A stretch of DNA of 63,012 nt, filler included, from Octopus bimaculoides (lineage: Eukaryota): the NCBI RefSeq assembly GCF_001194135.2. It is 6 parts of 6 records of this genome, joined end to end, with 100 filler letters (N's around TTAATTAATTAA, not from the genome) between each part and the next. Parts side by side here need not be neighbours in the genome. Positions count along the whole stretch, not along the records: positions 11,713 to 23,224 come from NC_068994.1; positions 23,325 to 26,604 come from NC_068984.1; 4 more parts are not named here. The stretch is one strand, 5' to 3'. This document shows positions 13,692-26,587 of the stretch, piece after piece. The notes beneath the pieces are model-generated. The model did not search any database, was not told the origin of the DNA, and saw only the letters and a list, made by a program, of their open reading frames with translations. How positions within the stretch are numbered: position 1 is the stretch's first letter; each line of letters opens with the position of its first letter. A program made the position numbers and the translations under genes.

Positions 13692-14849
13692 ATAGAAATT
13701 ATTATAACCTATCAAAGAATAGCAGTCAGATAGAGCTCCGTATTTNNNNNNNNNNNNNNNNNNNNNNNNNNNNNNNNNNNNNNNNNNNNNNNNNNNNNNN
13801 NNNNNNNNNNNNNNNNNNNNNNNNNNNNNNNNNNNNNNNNNNNNNNNNNNNNNNNNNNNNNNNNNNNNNNNNNNNNNNNNNNNNNNNNNNNNNNNNNNNN
13901 NNNNNNNNNNNNNNNNNNNNNNNNNNNNNNNNNNNNNNNNNNNNNNNNNNNNNNNNNNNNNNNNNNNNNNNNNNNNNNNNNNNNNNNNNNNNNNNNNNNN
14001 NNNNNNNNNNNNNNNNNNNNNNNNNNNNNNNNNNNNNNNNNNNNNNNNNNNNNNNNNNNNNNNNNNNNNNNNNNNNNNNNNNNNNNNNNNNNNNNNNNNN
14101 NNNNNNNNNNNNNNNNNNNNNNNNNNNNNNNNNNNNNNNNNNNNNNNNATATATATACTCACACATGAATAAATATATTCACATATTTGCATATATACAT
14201 TCGCCCATACACAAACACAAGCACACACTCAAATGCACAGATATGCACACACCGCACATACAAACACGCGGACAGACGCATATACACACATACACGTACA
14301 CACACACAATGACATACACACACACACTACAATACACATACATGTATACACATCTTAACGTCCGACCTTACGAAAGTTCAAGTCGAACATCAACTGCATC
14401 GACCTCTCCAGTCGAGGGTAGGCACGGCTGGACGGGCGGGTGGGTAGCCTGTCTGCAAGTAATATATGATCACTGATCCGCTGTTACCTTTTCTCAAACT
14501 AACTAATTAAAAAGCCATTTTCATGCATGGATGGCCACTGTCACTATTTTTACTAAACATTTTGGTGGTGGTGGTGGTGGTGGTGGTGATGGTGGTCTTT
14601 TGTGTATTGACTGTAACGTTTCAAGTTTTATGTTTTTCTATACTTTGTAATATATTCCTTGGAGTTTTTGTTTGATTTTTTTTTTTTAGATTTTTTTTTT
14701 AAAATAAATATCAAAGACGGCTAAGAAATCTTTATAGAGTTACTTCAAGTTCTGTATAACAACTATATCTAATGTCTTGGTATGCAAATTATTTCAACGT
14801 CTGCTTTCCAATGGTATAATCTGTAATTTATTATGTTATTTATTGGTAA

Positions 14850-15075
14850 GGCGGCGAGCTGGCAGAATCGTTAGCACGCCGGGCGAAATGCTTAGCAGTA
14901 TTTCGTCTACCGTTACGATCTGAGTTCAAATTCCGCCGGGGTCGACTTTGCCTTTCATCCTTTCGGGGTCGATAAATTAAGCACCAGTTATGCACTGGGA
15001 TTGATGTAATCGGCTTGATCTCATTGTCTGTCCTTGTTTGTCACCTCTATGTTTAGCCTTTTGTGGGCAATAAAG
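14850..15075 (+). mobile_element. Near full-length SINE family A (tail type 1)
   Basis: GGCGGCGAGCTGGCAGAATCGTTAGC...GAGTTCAAATTCCGCC...tail TTGTCTGTCCTTGTTTGTCACCTCTATGTTTAGCCTTTTGTGGGCAATAAAG. Confidence 0.9.
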
Positions 15076-15174
15076 TCTTGGCGGCACTGGAGGCAAACAC
15101 ACATACACACGTAATATCCAAATATAGATAGAATGAGAGAGAGGGGCATTTTCTTCTTCCTTTTCATCTACTCT

Positions 15175-15395
15175 AGGCACAAGGTCTGCCTACAATTTGG
15201 GCGGGGAGAGAGGCTAGTATATTACATCGAACCCCAGAACTCAACTGGTATTTATTTTATCGACTTTGAAAGGGTGAAAGGCAAAGTCGAACTCAGTGGA
15301 TTTTAAACTCAGAACATAAAGCAAGAAAAACTGCTAACACGCCAGACAAATATTTTGTCAGGCGTGTAAACGATTCTGCCAACTCGCCCACCTTA
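15175..15395 (-). mobile_element. SINE family A (tail type 2)
   Basis: GGCACAAGG...TTACATCGAACCCCAG...GAAAGGCAAAGTCG...AACGATTCTGCCAACTCGCC. Confidence 0.75.
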
Positions 15396-16064
15396 AAGGG
15401 ACAGTAACATTACAATTTATTAACTAAATACGATTGGCATGAGCACTTTCCTTCTCCTCATACACATATCGAGAAATATGCTTACACACATAAGCACACA
15501 GAGAGGGGTAAGGAGAGAGAGAGAGAGCAAGGAGAACGAGCGGAAGAGTACAATGTTTGATATCATATAAACTAATGTCGAATCACTGACGCCAAATAGG
15601 CATCGCAAAAACTGCTTCACTAGAAGTCTCATGCTCCTGATATAAGTTACCGCAAGAACAAAGTAGCAGGTAAAGATCCAGCGAAACAAACCGACTGGGA
15701 GAAAATAATTTAAAGTATATTGTGTAGTATGCGCGCAATAGATTCGATAAGACGTTTTTGTGACAGGTTTGAACTATTGGCAGACGATATACAACATTGG
15801 AATTTCTCACAAAGAGGAGAGAAAAAAGAAATCGTGTTAATCTAGATTCTAAATTTTGTGTTATTTGTTAGTGTACGATATCACATATGAGGTATGCAAT
15901 ATAGAGACCTGAAAATATTAGTTGAGAATATTTAAATGATTAGAAGACAGACAAAAGAAAAATTATCAAATGTTCAATATCTGAAATCAACAGTCAAGGG
16001 AGAGAATTCTGACAAGGTCTACAAATCAAAATCTTGGACAATATATGTACAATGTAATATATAC

Positions 16065-16130
<66 letters not shown>

Positions 16131-16642
16131 NNNNNNNNNNNNNNNNNNNNNNNNNNNNNNNNNNNNNNNNNNNNNNNNNNNNNNNNNNNNNNNNNNNNNN
16201 NNNNNNNNNNNNNNNNNNNNNNNNNNNNNNNNNNNNNNNNNNNNNNNNNNNNNNNNNNNNNNNNNNNNNNNNNNNNNNNNNNNNNNNNNNNNNNNNNNNN
16301 NNNNNNNNNNNNNNNNNNNNNNNNNNNNNNNNNNNNNNNNNNNNNNNNNNNNNNNNNNNNNNNNNNNNNNNNNNNNNNNNNNNNNNNNNNNNNNNNNNNN
16401 NNNNNNNNNNNNNNNNNNNNNNNNNNNNNNNNNNNNNNNNNNNNNNNNNNNNNNNNNNNNNNNNNNNNNNNNNNNNNNNNNNNNNNNNNNNNNNNNNNNN
16501 NNNNNNNNNNNNNNNNNNNNNNNNNNNNNNNNNNNNNNNNNNNNNNNNNNNNNNNNNNNNNNNNNNNNNNNNNNGATTATTGATGTTTTAGCTTCGTATT
16601 CTTTGTGAGTCGGTTAATTATTTACTATTTTGAATACGTATA

Positions 16643-16968
16643 TATCGACCCCGAAAGGATGAAACGCAAAGTCGACCTCGGCGGAATTTGAACTCAGAAA
16701 GTAAAGACACACGAAATACCGCTAAGCATTTCACGCGGCGTGCTAACGTTTCTTATTGTCCATAAGGGGATAGACATAGAGGGGACAAACAAGGACAGTC
16801 AAAGGGATTAAGTCGATTACATCGACCCCAGTGCGTAACTGGCACTTAATTAATCGAATCTGAAAGGATGAAAGGCAAAGTCGACTTCGGCGGAATTTGA
16901 ACTCTGAACGTAAAGACAGACGAAATACCGCTAAGCATTTTGCTCGGCGTGCTAACGCTTGCCGCCTT
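16643..16968 (-). mobile_element. Head-to-tail dimer of SINE family A
   Basis: Two successive GTCGAC(C/T)TCGGCGGAATTTGAACTC...AATACCGCTAAGCATT...GTGCTAACG units; the right copy carries tail type 1. Confidence 0.85.
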
Positions 16969-17459
16969 AAATCTGACAGTAATATTGAATCTCCTTCCAA
17001 TATTTCATTTCTGATGTTCATTACATCAGATATTAAATCTCTCTTGACATGTACCAATATTATTTCTACTTTACTACCGTTCAACAGGCTATTTTCTTAC
17101 ATGTCTATAAGCAATTGCGATGCTAAGAACACCTCAATCGATTCAGAGCTCCGTGATTGAAATACATTTTCTAAAGTTATATTTATAAGTAATCGATGCA
17201 ACTTTTTTTTTTGTGACAGTCCTGGTGTTTAACTCTACGGCTCCATTTTCAATATTTTTGTACAAACAACGTATAAAAATTATATAAGCCTTTTATAATG
17301 ATATATAATTATATATGTGTTCCTGTAGTGCTGGAAAGTTTGTATCTTGCTGATTTATTTATCACATCTAATTGTTTCTCGTGCAGAAGGTGGCCCTGAG
17401 TGATCCCTCTTTTATTCCTCTCTCTCTCTTTATATATATATATATATATATGTTTGTGT

Positions 17460-17503
<44 letters not shown>

Positions 17504-18089
17504 NNNNNNNNNNNNNNNNNNNNNNNNNNNNNNNNNNNNNNNNNNNNNNNNNNNNNNNNNNNNNNNNNNNNNNNNNNNNNNNNNNNNNNNNNNNNNNNNN
17601 NNNNNNNNNNNNNNNNNNNNNNNNNNNNNNNNNNNNNNNNNNNNNNNNNNNNNNNNNNNNNNNNNNNNNNNNNNNNNNNNNNNNNNNNNNNNNNNNNNNN
17701 NNNNNNNNNNNNNNNNNNNNNNNNNNNNNNNNNNNNNNNNNNNNNNNNNNNNNNNNNNNNNNNNNNNNNNNNNNNNNNNNNNNNNNNNNNNNNNNNNNNN
17801 NNNNNNNNNNNNNNNNNNNNNNNNNNNNNNNNNNNNNNNNNNNNNNNNNNNNNNNNNNNNNNNNNNNNNNNNNNNNNNNNNNNNNNNNNNNNNNNNNNNN
17901 NNNNNNNNNNNNNNNNNNNNNNNNNNNNNNNNNNNNNNNNNNNNNNNNNNNNNNNNNNNNNNNNNNNNNNNNNNNNNNNNNNNNNNNNNNNNNNNNNNNN
18001 NNNNNNNNNNNNNNNNNNNNNNNNNNNNNNNNNNNNNNNNNNNNNNNNNNNNNNNNNNNNNNNNNNNNNNNNNNNNNNNNNNNNNNNNN

Positions 18090-18141
<52 letters not shown>

Positions 18142-18564
18142 GTGTATGGTGATTTCTGACTGTTCATTCTGATACACGGTTTCAAATACACCCATACAAA
18201 TATATGTGTATCGTACTGTCATCGGCAGAAGATTGAAATTACTGTAAACGAATTATATCTATCATATATGTGCTGTACAGTAATCTGGAAATGGAAAACC
18301 AGAAAATAATGGAAGCAGTCGAAATATTAAATATCGAAATTTCTGTTTCGGGTTCACTACTCCTGACATATTTATATCTTAGACGTGCAACCGACTCCCG
18401 ATGTACGCTCAAGTTTCGTCATCATTTATGACACTTTAAGCAACATTCGTACGATCAAACTCTTCTAGATTGCCTGTTGCTCATTTTTGTTTTTATTTTT
18501 CCCCCATTTTAGTTCTTCCATTCGAGCAAGATCTGCCTGGGGTTAAAACTATACGTTATTTGTT

Positions 18565-18675
18565 CTGGTTCAATACATTCTGAGTTCAAAAACCGCCAAC
18601 GTTGACTTTGCCTTACGCCACTTCGAAATCGATAAAATAAAGTACCAGTTAAACACTGGGAACTTTGCCTTTTCN
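18565..18675 (+). mobile_element. SINE family A fragment
   Basis: TTCTGAGTTCAAAAACCGCCAACGTTGACTTTGCC...GATAAAATAAAGTACCAG. Confidence 0.65.
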
Positions 18676-19189
18676 NNNNNNNNNGAAGAAGAAGAAGAAG
18701 AAGAAGAAGAAGAAGAAGAAGAAGAAGAAGAAGAAGAAGAAGAAAGAGATTTTCATTATTCGTACCTGTTTAAAATATTCCACCCTTTTTTTATAATATT
18801 TGAAGTGAAAGTGTGCTAAAGTCAATTATTTTGTTTTTAAAGTTAATTTCCGTATGCATTATTTATGTAAATAACCTGTTCGCTTCTTTATATCGGTTTA
18901 ATTAGTTTCATTTTTTTTTTTGCTTTATATTTTATTTTCGTGTCTTTATGTTATGTATTTTATATCAACTTCATACAGGACATACAATAGCTATAACAAC
19001 GACAACGTACTAGAAATAGCCATCAAATTTTCTCAAATAACACGTTGCCATCTTCAAAGAGGGAAGGGCAGAAGGCTTAATATAATTTTAGATACAAAAT
19101 ATCTAATTATAACAATATAAGGGACGGATATAGAACATCTGATCGTGTGTTTACTCGATCAGGACTCAGGTAGAGGCTAAGAAAAGCAA

Positions 19190-19238
19190 CAACAGCTATT
19201 GGTACTGCTATTACTACTACTACTACTACTACTACTAC

Positions 19239-19289
<51 letters not shown>

Positions 19290-19519
19290 TGATGATGTTG
19301 ATGATGATAATAATAATAATAATAAACTTAAAAACTGATGATGTCATTTCATCAACGTATGGACGCTGGTTACTTTCGTTCATAGTTTACGTTTAGTTTT
19401 CTGAAATTTTGAATTTTTAATCCCCTTTTGTTTTGAACTTGAGAAAGACAGACGTGTTGTCGAAATATTGTTCAACGAATAAAACATCTATACAATCGAA
19501 TCGCGCTCTTCGTCTTGAT

Positions 19520-19604
<85 letters not shown>

Positions 19605-20073
19605 TGATGATGATGATGATGATAATAATAATAATAATAATAATAACAATGGCACTCTTCTTTTAATTTTGACTCTATATCTTCAGGAGAAGTTACCTCA
19701 ATCTTTTCTGTGTTTACCAAAATGAAGCAGTTTAACAAATTTATTTTTTGAACCAGTTGAAGAGACACAAGATTCCGAAATATCATCGTTCACTAGATAA
19801 CAAATGGCACTCTTCTTTTAATTTTGACTTACTAATAATAATAATAATAATGATAATAATAATAATAATAATAATAATAGAGGCACTGGTTCTCATGGAT
19901 TCTGATCTTAACCAACTGGGAGTGTTATCATATACATGTTTTGTATTACTACTATTACTATTACTACTACTACGGCTGCTGCTGCTACCACCACCACGAC
20001 TACTACTACTACTACAGGTGATGATGACGGTGTATAACTACTATTACTATTACAGCTGCTGCTGCTACCACCG

Positions 20074-20130
<57 letters not shown>
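19190..20130. repeat. Compound trinucleotide array (CTA/AAT/GAT/CTG/CCA) with short unique inserts
   Basis: Directly visible repeats. Confidence 0.9.
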
Positions 20131-20134
<4 letters not shown>

Positions 20135-20970
20135 TACTCCGTAGTTCATTGCATTAAGGCAATTTCTCCGTTTCCTTCGGGCAAAGTTTTCGTTGGGAAG
20201 AACCAAGATGTTTGTCAACGTACAGACGTTTTCTCTTTGTTTCGGTCTTTATTTATTAAGTTTGAATGGTCTCCCTTGATCTGCTTGTCAGTCGAGGTAT
20301 TATGTCCCAGATTACCGTGGCCGTGTCGTTATTTATAACCCCGCTCACCCCCCCCCCCATTTTCATGTCAAAGTGTTAGTATATTGATTGATCAGTGAAC
20401 ATAAACTGCTGACAGGACGACCATGTCCGTGAATACTCTCATACTTAGCAAGGACTGCTGGAGGGAATTGCTGGGGGTGAACCTTCTCACTGTACTTGTT
20501 GGATAGTCTGCACTCGATGTTGTTCGCAACTTTCATTATTTTATTATTCTTCTGTAGATGTTTATGATTAGATATTAATCCTGTATTGATAAAAACCAGA
20601 TGTTTTTCTCCTCCTTGCAGAATAGAATTTTCGAATTATTGTTAGCTTCCAGTCCGGTTTACTTCTCTGTCGAGTTCTTTTGGAGTATTTCCAATAGAGT
20701 GGTATTCTTCTCCGGTTTTAATTTTATCAGTCGTTTTATCCTTATCGCAATCTTTTACTCCAGTGTAGCTAGTTTTGTCTTTCTATCTTATTGTTTCCTT
20801 ATATATATAATGATAATAACAATAATCCTTGGATGAAATTTGTAAACATTGTAATGCATTGCTACGCACGTTTCCACAAATCACATGTCTCTTAAGGTAA
20901 CAGTCAGTGTTCCTGGAATGATCACACTGTAGTCCGTACTATAATCCAACCAACCTTCGCACTGGTCAAA

Positions 20971-21033
20971 AGGTTGTTTATGGAAGACCAGCAGTCGCCC
21001 ATGCATATCAGCCTCTCCTCACCACGCCACCGA
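20971..21033 (-). mobile_element. SINE family D fragment
   Basis: AGGTTGTTTATGGAAGACCAGCAG...CATGCATATCAGCCTCTCCTC is the reverse complement of part of 12950-13000. Confidence 0.7.
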
Positions 21034-22194
21034 CTGAGAGACTATATTTATTGACAAGTATCAACCGCATCTGTATATGAATTTATAACCAATTTTAGCT
21101 CATAAAAATATCTCTTTTTAAGCTAAATATAATCAATTCACCTTCCAATAAAACAAAAAGGTAATTACCTCCCCTGCTTCTAATAACAACAATCACTGAT
21201 TACATTCCCTTAAATTCATTTGCCTCCAATTCCTTTACAAAATATCCTTCCATCTACTAACATCGAATGAAAACTTATTATGATAGCATGGAATTGTAAC
21301 ACTATATCTAAGTGTTTAGTCATGATTAGCGTCAGTGAAACCGGTCAACTATGTAATATTTTATTTCATTTTATATATATATATATATATATATAAATGT
21401 TCGAAAAAATGGTGAATTATAATGAAAAACATAAAAGGAAAATTCACAAAAAATGTATGCTAGACAATGTGTGTGTATGTGTATACATGCATGTGTGTAT
21501 GTATGTATGTACATGTCATGCATCCTTATTGCACTAAGAAATTTCCCTCTGGTTCTACTGTGGTTATTTTGTAGTCTATTGTTTTCTTTTTTTTCTAAAC
21601 AAACACCATCTTCCTTATATATAGTGCAGATATATTCTATCAATATCAACTTTATGTGAGAGGTTGTTAAACGTTATTAGTAGATTTCTTATTTTCCTGT
21701 CTAATCTCTTTAATTCACTTAACTTTCAGTTTATTATATTAAATCTCCAGTTTATAACCAAGCTGACCAATGTATTTATTCCTGCTATCTTATTTCTGTC
21801 AATGAGTCTAGTGTTCATAATATTTATCTGAATTTTCTGTAGAACGCTTTGCTAATTTTCTCTTTCATTTCTGCGTTGTATTATATCAGTTTTCATCGAC
21901 TCTTAAATATTTATATGGTTTGTTCTGATCTGATTCTCTGATATCGGTCTCTATGTGTTATTTATTATTATCAGTTTTAGTCGATTTGCTTGTGATAATA
22001 GCTTGTCTAATCCCATACACATTTTAACGTTTTAGTTGAATTTCTGAACAATTTAATAAGTTTTCTATTTGCATTATAAAGTGACAGTATAAAGGTACTG
22101 TCAGTTCATATTTCTGTCATTTTATAATACAAATAGAAAACTTATTAAATTGCTCAGAAATTCAACTAAAACGTTCATACATACTTTATTTAAA

Positions 22195-22508
22195 GTCTGG
22201 CACAAGGCCAGCAATAACGAGGGAAGGATAAATTGATTACATTGACTCCCAGTGCTCCACTGAAACATATTTTATCGAGCCCGAAACGATGAAAGGCAAA
22301 ATTGACCTCGGCGGAATTCGACCTCAGAAGAACGTAAAGACGAACGAAATGCCGCTAAGCACTTTGCTCGGAATGTTAACGATTCAACCAGCTCGCGCCT
22401 TAAAACAGTAAAACCATTGCAGAATTTGATCTCAGAAGGTAAAGTTGGATGAAATACCGCTAAGCATTTTGCCCGGCATGCTAAGGATTCTGCCAGCTCT
22501 CCGCCTTA
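22195..22508 (-). mobile_element. SINE family A (tail type 2) plus a second tandem head
   Basis: Two CCGCTAAGCA...AACGATTC/AAGGATTCTGCCAGCTC units. Confidence 0.8.
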
Positions 22509-22850
22509 TTTCAAAATGTTACCAGCAGACGGTTACAGAAAATCGAAACCTGTACCTCTCGGGTACCGGTTGAGCCCTCTGTACCGTTAAGGTAAGTGGC
22601 CTCTGACATTTCACTTCCTACATATAAGAGATAATTAGTAGTTTGTCCATGGTATCTTTTCCAAGCGACGGTTTCGTTCAACAGATATAACGATCCAGCC
22701 AATGTTACAACTAAAAAGCAAGGGTGATAATGAGCGTCACTGGAAGTTTCCCTTCTTAAGGTTATATAGCTGCTTTAATTATCTTGTGTGCGTGTTGTAG
22801 TAATATTGTTGCCTTCCATTTTGGTATTATTACGAAACGATAAGGCAGTG

Positions 22851-22923
<73 letters not shown>

Positions 22924-22982
22924 CATCCATTTGTTGTTTACACCACCTGTCTTCGTCTGTTGCTTTCTTCGTAAATTCTCCC

Positions 22983-23045
<63 letters not shown>
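22851..23045. repeat. (GATA)n microsatellite interrupted by a ~64-bp piece of the repeat at 45766-45815
   Basis: ATACATCCATTTGTTGTTTACACCACCTGTCTTCGTCTGTTG matches 45771-45790 and onward. Confidence 0.8.
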
Positions 23046-23268
23046 TTCCACGTGAGGGTATGGCGGGTAAATTTTCCATTAATTCAAGCAGAAGTCTTTA
23101 ATAGTTTACTTATCCATTCATTGTCATTCTTTTAAACTTATATTTAAATATAGATATTTAATATTTAATATTTAATATTTAATATTATTTTCTCAGAGCA
23201 AAAACTTGCTAGAAACATATTCCANNNNNNNNNNNNNNNNNNNNNNNNNNNNNNNNNNNNNNNNNNNN

Positions 23269-23280
23269 TTAATTAATTAA
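23269..23280. other. Assembly gap linker TTAATTAATTAA (also at 11657, 26649, 54149, 60642)
   Basis: Identical 12-mer centred in ~44N+12+~44N blocks; encodes stops in all six frames. Confidence 0.95.
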
Positions 23281-23324
23281 NNNNNNNNNNNNNNNNNNNN
23301 NNNNNNNNNNNNNNNNNNNNNNNN

Positions 23325-23506
23325 TTTTTGTTTCACTTTTGACACGTAATACTTAAATAGTGGAGGAGATATTATGTTGCCGTGGGCTCGAACTCTGCAA
23401 GAAGTTAATAATTTTTTTTGACTAAAACACAACTGGAACCCTAAGTAAGGCATGTGTAAAATTTGAATGAAATTGGTTGCGTAGTTCTCGAGTTTTAGGG
23501 ATTCAC

Positions 23507-23557
<51 letters not shown>

Positions 23558-23582
23558 CACATTCTCATTTTTATATATATAG
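23325..23582 (-). mobile_element. Non-autonomous Helitron/Helentron-like element, copy 1
   Basis: Minus strand reads TATATATAAAAATGAGAATGTGTG(TCTG)n...AAAACTCGAGAACTACGCAACCAATTTCATTCAAATTTT; homologous to 25890-26135; classification rests on resemblance to HINE/Lep1-type architecture. Confidence 0.5.
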
Positions 23583-23945
23583 ATATATATATATATATAC
23601 ACATATATATATGAGTATATTTGATATGCATGTAAGTTATGTGCATGTATACATGCATGTTACATGTATGTATGTATGTTTCTATGTGTGTATGTGTATA
23701 TACATCTGCATCTTGCTTTGTGCGGTGGGGTAAATATACACACATACACATGTTTGTGTTTATATATATATATGTATATAAACATAATTAAGGGATCAGC
23801 AAACATTTGCTTCACCACATACCGAAGTTGAGAAATAGCAGCTAAAAAAGCTGGTGTTTACATACCGAGGGGCTTGGTAAAAATTATTAATTGTTGATTT
23901 ATTAATAAATTAATAAATTGATAAACCTTTACCCTTTTAATTGTA

Positions 23946-23977
<32 letters not shown>

Positions 23978-24225
23978 ACGCACATACACACTCGTGCACA
24001 CACACGTACACTCACATTCTCATACACACATAACACTCAGGCGTTCGCCTGCAGAAGGCCATCGAATGGCAGAATCGTTAAAGCTTTGGATTAAATGCGT
24101 CACAATATTTAACTTTCTGTATCTCTACCTTGCGGTTTCAAATTCCGCCAAAGTCTACTCTGCATTATATTCTCTATGGTGGGATAAAATTTACTCTAGC
24201 TGTTATATCCAAAGTTTTCTTCCAG

Positions 24226-24338
24226 ATTAAGAAAGAAGTTGGTGCGAAGCTGTGCACGAAAAGTATAGATTCATGTCAGAAGCCGACCGCGACTCCAGTA
24301 CGTGTTGAAACTAAGTCACCGTCAACAGCGAGTGACAG
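24226..24338 (+). CDS. Candidate isolated host coding exon, unknown protein
   Basis: Acceptor-like TTTTCTTCCAG|, open frame IKKEVGAKLCTKSIDSCQKPTATPVRVETKSPSTASD, weak donor CAG|GTGTAG; non-repetitive and more GC-rich than its flanks. Confidence 0.25.
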
Positions 24339-24439
24339 GTGTAGAAATTTGCACATACAAAGATATATACAATTGTGTGTGTGTGTCCAATAAAGTTTTC
24401 AATACCACACCTATTTTCTGTTTACTATATGCCTTTTTT

Positions 24440-24636
24440 TTTACTTGTTTCAGACATTAGACTGCGGCCATACCGGGCCACCGTCTGGAAGAGTTTTTAT
24501 TCGAATGAATCTACCTAAGAATTTTTTTTTCGGCCTGGTATTTATTCTATCGTTTCATATTGCCGAACGTTAGTTTACCGGTTGTCAAGCGGTGTTGGGA
24601 ACGAAACACAGACACAAAGACACACACACAGACACA
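24440..24636 (-). mobile_element. SINE family B 3' half
   Basis: TTACTTGTTTCAGACATTAGACTGCGGCCATACCGGGCCACCGTC...GGTTGTCAAGCGGTGTTGGG. Confidence 0.75.
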
Positions 24637-25039
24637 NNNNNNNNNNNNNNNNNNNNNNNNNNNNNNNNNNNNNNNNNNNNNNNNNNNNNNNNNNNNNNNN
24701 NNNNNNNNNNNNNNNNNNNNNNNNNNNNNNNNNNNNNNNNNNNNNNNNNNNNNNNNNNNNNNNNNNNNNNNNNNNNNNNNNNNNNNNNNNNNNNNNNNNN
24801 NNNNNNNNNNNNNNNNNNNNNNNNNNNNNNNNNNNNNNNNNNNNNNNNNNNNNNNNNNNNNNNNNNNNNNNNNNNNNNNNNNNNNNNNNNNNNNNNNNNN
24901 NNNNNNNNNNNNNNNNNNNNNNNNNNNNNNNNNNNNNNNNNNNNNNNNNNNNNNNNNNNNNNNNNNNNNNNNNNNNNNNNNNNNNCATTATCGTGTAAAT
25001 TATGCAAAAATGAAAATAACATTGACATTTCATTTTAAC

Positions 25040-25865
25040 AGGTATATTTACCAAAATTACATAAAAAATATTTTGAAATACTAAAGAGTAAATTTATTCA
25101 ATAAAATCACAATTGACTTCAACCACGTCCTCCAGACTACTTCGGAATCTCCTGCAACTCTTCTGTACGGTCTCTTTGTTTTAGATGGTAAATGCTGCCA
25201 TAATCCTTGCCTTCAGTTCATCTTTGGTGTTACAAGGAGTTTTGTTGGTCTCTCGCTCAACAGCGCCCCACACATAATAATCAAGGGGGTTGCAGTCAGG
25301 GGAATTAGTTGGCCAGATATTAGGGATGATGAGGTCGCAGAAGTTTTCTGACAGCCATCACTGGGTTCTCCTGCTTGTGTGGCATGGTGCAGAGTCCTGT
25401 TGTCAGACATAGGGTCTTCCAACAGCCACCTTCTTGTCCCAGACCAACATTACCTCCTCCAGGCACTTAATGTAGGCCACCGTGTTGAGTCTGAGGCCGT
25501 GTAGGAAGATGAACGGAGGTATAACGTCGCCATCGCCAGTGATCACTTCCAACACCATGATGTTGACTGGATGTTTAATTTTTATCACTCTCGGTAGATG
25601 TTTGGGTGACACAGCAAGCCAACGGTTGTTCTGTGTGTTCACTATCTGTTCGTACTGGAGCTTCCGGCGCGAATGCCAAACAGTACAGCATGTCGTTCCC
25701 AAATTTCTGGCAGAGTGAATTGCGACATGGTGCTCTTTGTCTCACAGACGGTGCCCAACTGACCCTACTACACTGTGTAGTCAACAAAGTCAAAAACAAA
25801 CACTGTGCATGCGCGAAATTAAAAATATAAAATGCCGACAATTTAGCCATCGCACCTTATGTATA
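25040..25865 (-). pseudogene. Tc1/mariner DD37D (maT-like) transposase relic
   Basis: KHPVNIMVLEVITGDGDVIPPFIF...GRPYV, QQDSAPCHTS, WPTNSPDCNPLDYYVW, KSCRRFRSSLEDVVE. Confidence 0.8.
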
Positions 25866-25889
25866 AATATATATATGTGTGTACGTGTA

Positions 25890-26135
25890 TGTGTATATAC
25901 AAAACTGAGAAAGTGTCTGTCTGTCTGTTTGCATGTATGTGTCACTAAAACTCGAGAACTACCCAACCAATTTCATTCAAATTTTCCACATGCCGTACTT
26001 ATGGTCCATGCAGTGTAATGGGCCAATAAAATTTTCAACTTCTTGCCTAATGTGAGCCCGGAGCAATCTCTTATCTCTTACACTATTTCAGTATTACGTG
26101 TCAAAAGTGAAACAATAACATCTCTATTGTAATGT
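25890..26135 (+). mobile_element. Non-autonomous Helitron/Helentron-like element, copy 2 (inverted relative to copy 1)
   Basis: GTGTCTGTCTGTCTG...CTAAAACTCGAGAACTACCCAACCAATTTCATTCAAATTTTCCACATGCC...GTATTACGTGTCAAAAGTGAAAC. Confidence 0.5.
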
Positions 26136-26244
26136 AAGATAATACTTTCAGTTTAAATAGTTTCATTGTTAATACTTTCAATATGTATATAATATATACC
26201 TGCTGAAACTTAATACTGAAACTATTATCTCACATATATACTCT

Positions 26245-26305
26245 TTACTCTTTACTCTTTTACTCTTTTACTCGTTTCAGTCATTTGACTGCAGCCATGC
26301 TGCAG
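26245..26305 (-). mobile_element. SINE family B extreme 3' end with (GAGTAAAA)n tail
   Basis: (TTTTACTC)n GTTTCAGTCATTTGACTGCAGCCATGCTG. Confidence 0.75.
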
Positions 26306-26534
26306 NNNNNNNNNNTGAATGTATATATGTCTATATACATCTGCACATATATATGTATGTATATGTATGTATATATAAATATATGCATAGAGGTATATGA
26401 ATATATATATTTATATGTATGTGTATGTACATATATATGTATGTATATATGTATATATATGTGTGTGTATAAATATATGTATGCATGTATATATGTGTAC
26501 ATATATATATATGCATACATATGTATATATATAG

Positions 26535-26587
<53 letters not shown>

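Noticed and set aside
14380-14445. Possible exon with donor GAGG|GTAGGC
   Set aside because: No polypyrimidine acceptor and no recognisable peptide.
20130-20830. Possible decayed LINE N-terminal region on the minus strand
   Set aside because: Too many stops and no motif I can assign with confidence.
22808-22848. Hammerhead-like TGCCTT...GAAACGATAAGGCA
   Set aside because: No recognisable CUGANGA box.
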